Origin: Antechinus flavipes
Lineage: Eukaryota
NCBI RefSeq assembly: GCF_016432865.1
Contig: NC_067398.1
Span: 654,968,001 to 655,032,000, forward strand
Direction of reading: 5' to 3'
Length of the DNA stretch: 64,000 nucleotides
Part shown: piece after piece, positions 56,843 to 64,000 of the stretch
How the letters are laid out: each line of letters begins with the position of its first letter
Position numbering within the stretch: the stretch's first letter is position 1
Notes under the pieces: model-generated
What the model was told of the DNA's origin: nothing
Databases searched by the model: none
The model's input: the letters and a program-made list of their open reading frames with translations, nothing else
Program-made: the position numbers and the translations under genes

Positions 56843-59800
56843 ATGACCGTGACGTACACAGCCCGCGTAGCAAATGCTCGCTTCGGGGGGTTCTCCAAGC
56901 TGCTGCTGCTTTGGCGGGGAAGCATTTACAAATTACTCTATCGAGAGGTGCTGGTCTTCCTCGGGGGGTACCTGGTCCTGAGCGCCATCTATCGGTGAGG
57001 ACAGGCCTTGGGTCAAGAGGATGGGATACAGGGGAATCTGGAGGGTGGAGGGATGGAGTGGGATGGAAACTCTCCGAGAGATGAGGGTCTCCAGTGCAAA
57101 GAGACGGTCACGGGGGGAGAGAGGAGGTGGTGCTCAGGGAGAGATGTGCCTCTAACTTTCCCCGCTCCACCCACCCAGCTTTATCCTGACGGAAGACCAA
57201 AGACCCTACTTCGAGAAATTAGTCATGTACTGCGACCAGTACGCCAACCTCATTCCTGTCTCTTTTGTGCTGGGTATGAAATCACTCCCTCTCATCTCAA
57301 CCCCAACCTCGGGACGCACTTAGCTTTCCTTACCCCTCAGCCCAAGCACCCTTCAGTCCTAGAACTCCTATTCCCAGGCAACCCCTAGAGCTCCCCACCG
57401 CCCCCCGACTTATCCCATGCAGACCTAGAACCTTCAATTCTATAGTCCGGAGCCTTAACCTCAGCTTCTCCATTTCGTCCGGATCATTTGTGCTGAGCCC
57501 CTCCCTAACCTAGACCTTTTACAGCCCTCAGTCGCTACTAGGGACACCAGGAACTTCCTTTTAACCCCTTTCAGAACTCAGACCCAAGAATTTATCCAGG
57601 GCAGACCCTGTGCTAGTTCGCAATGAAACAACTCCTGCCTTGAAGGAACTATTGGAGGAAGGGAGGAATGTAAACATCAAAATAAATAGAAACGCTTCCT
57701 AGCTGTGTGACCCTGGGAAAGTCGTTTAATCNNNNNNNNNNNNNNNNNNNNNNNNNNNNNNNNNNNNNNNNNNNNNNNNNNNNNNNNNNNNNNNNNNNNN
57801 NNNNNNNNNNNNNNNNNNNNNNNNNNNNNNNNNNNNNNNNNNNNNNNNNNNNNNNNNNNNNNNNNNNNNNNNNNNNNNNNNNNNNNNNNNNNNNNNNNNN
57901 NNNNNNNNNNNNNNNNNNNNNNNNNNNNNNNNNNNNNNNNNNNNNNNNNNNNNNNNNNNNNNNNNNNNNNNNNNNNNNNNNNNNNNNNNNNNNNNNNNNN
58001 NNNNNNNNNNNNNNNNNNNNNNNNNNNNNNNNNNNNNNNNNNNNNNNNNNNNNNNNNNNNNNNNNNNNNNNNNNNNNNNNNTATCAAAATAAGTAGAAAA
58101 AGATATATAGATACAAAAATGATGGAGAGGGAAAGACACTGGAGAGATTCAAAATGCACTTAAGCAGAGCTTTGAAAAGGGTTAGGGATTCTGAGAGACT
58201 GTAGGTGAAAAGGGAGGATATTTATTCTAGGCAAAGCAGACAATGAATGCAAAGTCCCTGAGGTGGAAATGGAGTATCTAGTCCAAAAGAACAACAAATA
58301 GGACAGTTTGACTGGACTGCTCGGTGCTTGAAGGAAAACAAGATGAAATATGCTTGAAAAAGTAACTTGGGAAGGTTTTTACATGCCAAATAGAGAAATT
58401 TGTATGTTATCTGAGAGACAAGAGGGAACCACTGGAGTTGGTGTAGTGGTGCTGGTGGGGGATTTGTGGATTAGGAATATGCACTTGGCAAGGAAAGACT
58501 GGAGAGGAGGGGAGGTATGACACAATTGGTAATTGGGCAATGATTGCAGTCAGGCAAGGGATGATGAGGTTTTCACTTATGACAAAGGTGATATAAAGTG
58601 ATGGATGTGAAATGTATTGTGAAGACAGAATAAGATTTGACAACTGATTGGATATAAGAAATGAGGGATAGTGAGGAATCTAGGATGACTCTAAATTTGG
58701 AAAGTTGGTTGCCCAGAAAGATGATGGCATCCTCAAGAGAAATAGAAGGAAGAGTTTGGGGGTTTGAAAATTAGTTTTCTTGTGGGATTATGAAGCTTGA
58801 GATGTCTATGGAACGCGTGGAACTGGATTTAATGAAGACACAGCTAGATTTATGTAGATGTAAGAGATATTGCACAGAGATGGTTGTTGATGAGCTCATC
58901 AAGACAGGGTAGAGAAAGCAAATGGTCCAGAACAGAACTCTGGGGTAGTGTACACCCAGGTATTAAGAGACCATAGATCTCTATGTATCAGAGGAGACTC
59001 AGGACTGGTCAGAAAAGTAGGAAAAGAACCAAAAGAGAAGTCTCATGAAAACTCAAGGTAGAAACTTTTTTTTTTTTTTGGAGGCAATTGGGGTTAAGTG
59101 ACTTGCACTGGTGCTCTATTCACTACACCAACTAGCTATCCCTTAATTTTTTTTTTAAAGGTGGAAACTCTTAACCTGAGGATAGATTTCAGGGGATCTA
59201 TGGAACATGGATGGGGCCAAAATTTTCTCAATGAGCACAAAAGATTTATCTGAGAAGGGACCCATGAGTTTCATTAAACTGCCAAAGGGATACATAACAC
59301 AAAAAAAGATCCCTGGTGTGGAAAGTGTGGTCAATATTTTCAAATTATGGAAAGAGTTCAAGAAAGAAAAGGACAGAGAAAAGGATTTCCAATGTGACAA
59401 TTAAAAGGGTTTATAATCTTGAGAAGTAAGTGGGAATAGACCAAAGCATAGACACCTTTGTTCTAGGAGCTTGGCTATCAGTCAAGAAATGTTAATTAAG
59501 AGCTTCTAGTGTGCTGGGCACTATGCTAAGAGCTAGAGATACAAAAAGAAGCAGAGGACAATTCTTGCCTGGAATCTTTTTGGGGGGAATTACCAGGAGG
59601 CCAGTGTCCTTTTGGATAGAAAAAATGATAGACAATAAAAGCTGGAACGAAAAGAAAAGGCTGGCTTATGAAAGGCTTTGAATGCCAAACAAAGCATTTG
59701 GATTTGATCTTGAAGGTGTTATAGAGTCACTAGAGTTTACTGAATAAACGGGTGATTTGAGAAGGTCATTTTGATAGCTGAGTGGAGGATGGATGCAGTG

Positions 59801-62800
59801 GGAAGAGAGAGACTTGAGGCTAACAGACCCACTAGCAACCTATTGCAATAATCATGTGTGAGATGAGGGCTTGCATCTGAGTGATGGGAGTGTCAGAAGA
59901 AAGAATGTGAGATAAAAGATAGGAATCAAGAACGACACTTAAGTTTCACGTCTTGGGGACTAGAAGGATGTTGTTCTCAACTGTAATAGAGGAAGCAGTA
60001 GAATTTCGGCTTAGGGGAAAATATGATGAGCTCTATTTTGGACATATTGAGTGTAAGGTGTCCACTGGATATCCAGTTTAAAATGTCCAAAGAACTTTGG
60101 AAATGGGAGATTGAAGATCAGCAGGGAGATTGGGATGGGAAAATTAGATTTGAGAATCATGAACACAAAGCTGAAAAATCCATTTGAGCTGATGAGGTTA
60201 TCAGGTGTAATACAGAGGGAGAAAGAGGACCCAAGCAGAATTGAATGCTTATGGTAAGAAAACATGATCTGATTGAGGATCCAGCAAAGGAGACTGAGAA
60301 AGAGAGAGTTAGGAGAGTCAGGAGAAAGGAATGTCCCTAAAACCTAGAGAGAAGGAGTGAGTTTTAGTGTCAAAGGCTGCAGAAGAATGAGGATTGCAAA
60401 AAAAGTCATTGGATTTGGTAATTAACAGGATCTTTAGTGACTGAGGAGAGCAATAGTATTGGTTGTAAAATGCTAATAGAGGGAGAAGAGAGAAAGTGGA
60501 GATTGTGAAAGGGAGGAGATTGGACTTTAACCTAAAAGAATGGTAGGATCAAGTGAAGGTTTGGGGATTTTGTTTTATTTTTTTAAGATAGGAGAGAGCT
60601 GGACATGTTTATAGACAGTAGAGCAGGCAATGGATAAAGATTGAAAATTGGGGAGAGGAGCCAATTGAAGAGACAAACTCCCAGTGATAGATGGGAGTGG
60701 ATAGGATTAAGTACACAAGGAGAGGCTTTGTCCTTTGTAAGGAAAAGGTCCACCTCCTTTGAGATGGAACAAAGGAGACCGGTAAGCTGCGGACAGGGAT
60801 TTAAAGCATAGCTGTAGAGTTGTGGTCAGATAAGCACAGATTTTTTCAGTGAAGTATGAGGCAAGGAGAGGCAGAAAGGGGGAGTAGTGATAGAGTGGGG
60901 GACTCTGAGGAGAGATTTGTAAGGGAAGAATATACTGCATCAGAGAAGCGTGATTACAAAATACCCCTGTCGTCGCAGACCTGTAGATTGGTGGGAGTAA
61001 CCTTGGGTGGGGAGCTGGAAAGGAACAAGAGAAAAGGACAATTTTAAAGCGAGACCAGAGCAAGTGGAAGGCCCAGAGAAGCAGGGAGGAATGGTATGAA
61101 TTATTGGAGTTTATTTTGAGGACACTCCTTGAAGAGCAGCTAGGTGGCCCAGTTGATAAGAGCAGCAGCAGAACTTGTTCAGGTCTACCCTCTGAGACTC
61201 GATACTTATTAACGGTGTAACACGGGGCAAGATACTGTCTCACAAAAAGCTGCTGACCGTGTTCTGGATGAGAGTCTCAGCACAGACCTTGAATCTTGGA
61301 AATACCTGACCTTCTCCCCTCAACCCCATCATATTTCTATCTCCTGTCCCTGGTAGCTTTTGATTTTGTAGCTTTATACTCCCATCCCTGACCCAGTTGA
61401 CATTTAACTTTATTTTTCCTGCCTACTACATAGGATTTTATGTGACACTGGTGGTGAATCGATGGTGGAACCAATACTTGTGCATGCCCCTGCCTGACGC
61501 CCTCATGTGTGTGATCTCGGGCTCGGTGCATGGACGGGATGAGCGAGGCCGACTGTACCGGCGCACACTCATGCGCTACGCGGGCCTGTCCGCCGTGCTC
61601 ATCCTTCGCTCTGTCAGCACTGCTGTGTTCAAACGCTTCCCCACCATCGACCACGTGGTGGAAGCTGGTGAGATTTGTTTCCTAGGACACTCCAGGGATC
61701 TGGGAGAAGGTGGAGCTTTGATCTCGGGGTGGCGTGGGGAGGGTTTCTCCCCATTCTGCAGAAGAGGAAGAGGGGTATGGGAAATCTAGCAGCTTGCCTC
61801 CGAGGTGACCTTCTAGTCTTTCAGGCTTTATGACCCGGGAGGAGAGGAAAAAATACGAGAGCCTGAATTCTTCCTACAACAAATATTGGGTACCGTGTGT
61901 CTGGTTTGCCAACCTTGCTGCCCAAGCCCGCAAAGAGGGGCGGATCCGAGACAGCAGCACTTTCAAGTTGCTTATGGAGGTAGGGACAGCAGGGATTAAG
62001 AGCTGGGCCATACATTCCCCTAGCCCGTCCTGGAAGGGAGGCACTCGCACTCACCACCTTCTCCCGGTCTTCCCCCTCTCCCCATTATTAACTCTAGGTT
62101 CTTTCTTTTTTCTCTTTTTTTCTTTCTTTCTCAGGAAGATGAATCTTGCTGATTCCAATCTGGGTGTTCTATTCACTATGCCACCTAATTCTCTCCAATA
62201 ATTATTCACAATTAATTACTAGATATTAACAACAATAATTAACATTTACTTTTACAAAATGTTTTACATATGTTGTCTTATTTCATTATTACAATACGCC
62301 ATCTAGCTGCCCCAACTCAAGGCTTTTTCTAAAGATGGCCCCTTAAGGGGGGGGTCTTAAGCTCCTTTGCTACTCTCTGACCCCATTGTCCTCTCTCACA
62401 GAAACTGGAGGAGTTCCGGGGCAAGTGTGGGATGCTGTTTCACTATGACTGGATCAGTGTGCCCCTCGTCTACACTCAGGTACCCACTATGACTCAGTTC
62501 CCTTCCCACCAGGTTCTTGGGGATTGAGAATATAAGACTAAAGTTGGAGGGGAGAAACGAGGGCAATGGAACTCTTCCAAGAGTCAGCAATGCTCCCTTG
62601 ATGTGTCCCCCCCATCCCCTCATCAACTTGAGATGATGACTCTGCCTCTAGGTAGTAACAATTGCTGTGTATAGCTTCTTCCTGGCTTGCCTTATTGGAC
62701 GCCAGTTCCTGGACCCGACCAAGGGATACAAGAATCATAACATGGACCTGTGTGTTCCTGTTTTCACCCTGCTCCAATTCTTCTTCTATGTTGGCTGGCT

Positions 62801-63351
62801 CAAGGTAAACCTACAAAATAGAGGATGCGGGGAAAAGTTTGGGAGGCACCAAGATCTCAGGAAGGTGGCTGGAGGCTGGGGGAGAGGGAAGGCCTCAGGA
62901 CAAAACACAGGCATCCAGGGGTGGGGTTTGATTCCTTTGTGGAAGAACCCTCCTTTCCATTGTCCACTTTTCACTCCATAGGTGGCTGAGCAGCTCATAA
63001 ACCCCTTTGGGGAGGATGATGATGACTTTGAGACCAACTTTTTGATTGACAGGAATTTCCAGGTGGGGCTCCATTCCCTCTCCAAAATGAATTCCCCAAG
63101 CGTCACCCACTCCTGCTATCTGAAAGCCTCTTCATCGGGGTCTCCTTACGACCCCTTCCCTGACCCTGTAGCCGTACCCTGTCATCTCCACACCAGGTGT
63201 CGATGCTGGCAGTGGATGAGATGTATGACGACCTGCCGCTGTTAGAGAAGGACCTGTACTGGGATGCTGCAGATGCCCGGGCCCCTTACACAGCAGCTAC
63301 TGCTTTCATGATGCACCAGCCTTCCTTCCAAGGCTCCACTTTTGACATCAC
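56843..63351 (+). CDS. BEST2: Bestrophin-2, first 8 coding exons (partial; last exon outside the window)
   Basis: Exons 56843-56994, 57179-57273, 61434-61667, 61825-61979, 62402-62479, 62652-62804, 62982-63062, 63197-63351. Starts [30 protein letters not shown]; contains the RFP motif and Ca2+-clasp EDDDDFETN. All introns GT-AG with phases consistent. Confidence 0.96.
57732..58081. other. Assembly gap (350 N) in BEST2 intron, beginning inside a SINE
   Basis: The N run is preceded by SINE-like ctagctgtgtgaccctgggaaagtcgtttaatc. Confidence 0.95.
58150..61100 (-). mobile_element. Long fragmented L2 LINE in BEST2 intron 2, with SINE and DNA-element inserts
   Basis: Extended purine-rich reverse L2 sequence (ggatgactctaaatt, gatatccagtttaaaatgtcca). 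Short WSINE1-like piece at about 59065-59145. Confidence 0.6.
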
Positions 63352-63568
63352 GTGAGCTAGGGTGGGGGGGAGGATTAGGGAAGGAAGAAGAGTGGATATT
63401 AGGAGTCCAGAGCATCCAAGTTCTAGTTGTCTGTGAGACCTTGGACAATCCCTAGCCCTCTCTAGGACTTTTATTCCCCACATGTGAAATGAGAACATTG
63501 GACTAGGTCCCCTCTAAGCTCTTTCCATCTCTGAGATTCTTCACAGGGAAATGGGTGGGGGACTATGC

Positions 63569-64000
63569 TTTTTTTTTTTTTTAATAACTTTTTATTGACA
63601 GAACCCATGCCAGGGTTATTTTTTACAGCATTATCCCTTGCACTCTCTTCTGTTCCGATTTTTCCCCTCCCTCCCTCCACCCCCTCCCCAGATGGCAAGC
63701 AGTCCTTTACATGTTGAATAGGTTACAGTATATCCTAGATACAATATATGTTTGCAGAACCAAACAGTTTTCTTGTTGCACAGGGAGAATTGGATTCAGA
63801 AGGTATAAATAACCCGGGAAGAAAAACAAAAATGCAAATAGTTCACATTCATTTCCCAGTGTTCTTTCTTTGGGTGTAGCTACTTCTGTCCGTCCTTGAT
63901 CAATTGAAACTGAATTAGCTCTCTTTATCGAAGAGGTCCACTTCCATCAGAATACATTCTCAAACAGTATCGTTATTGAGATATATAATGATCTCCTGGT
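63569..64000 (-). mobile_element. Young L1 3' end (continues past the window)
   Basis: T-run at 63569-63582, then aataactttttattga..., the same family as 32272-32658. Confidence 0.88.

Noticed and set aside
54085-58159. ORFs of 120-270 aa containing X runs
   Set aside because: Artefacts of N gaps and microsatellites.

Overview
Mammalian genomic DNA, almost certainly marsupial and probably a dasyurid (MAR1/WSINE1-like SINEs, marsupial-type L1 3' ends, RTE LINE relic). It is syntenic to human 19p13.13. Gene order: promoter/first exon of the next gene (FBXW9 by synteny only, -), TNPO2 (-, 23 coding exons, 899/889 aa), an intron-containing RNF11 paralogue (+), TRIR/C19orf43 (-, 194 aa), about 22 kb of TE-rich intergenic DNA, GET3/ASNA1 (+, 348 aa), and BEST2 (+, last exon beyond the window). 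Exons were mapped by hand from splice signals and reading-frame continuity. The most notable item is the RNF11-like RING-H2 gene between TNPO2 and TRIR, where I know of no human gene. It keeps RNF11's exon structure, acylation site and RING, but its exon-1 DxxLL and PPxY motifs and the ancestral splice donor are altered. Also notable: two SNORD41-type C/D snoRNAs in TNPO2 introns sharing a variant 28S guide, a complex G-rich VNTR in GET3 intron 1, a solo LTR with a 6-bp TSD, and a young L1 with an 18-bp TSD and a double poly(A). Comparisons with human or fish sequences are from memory, not database searches.
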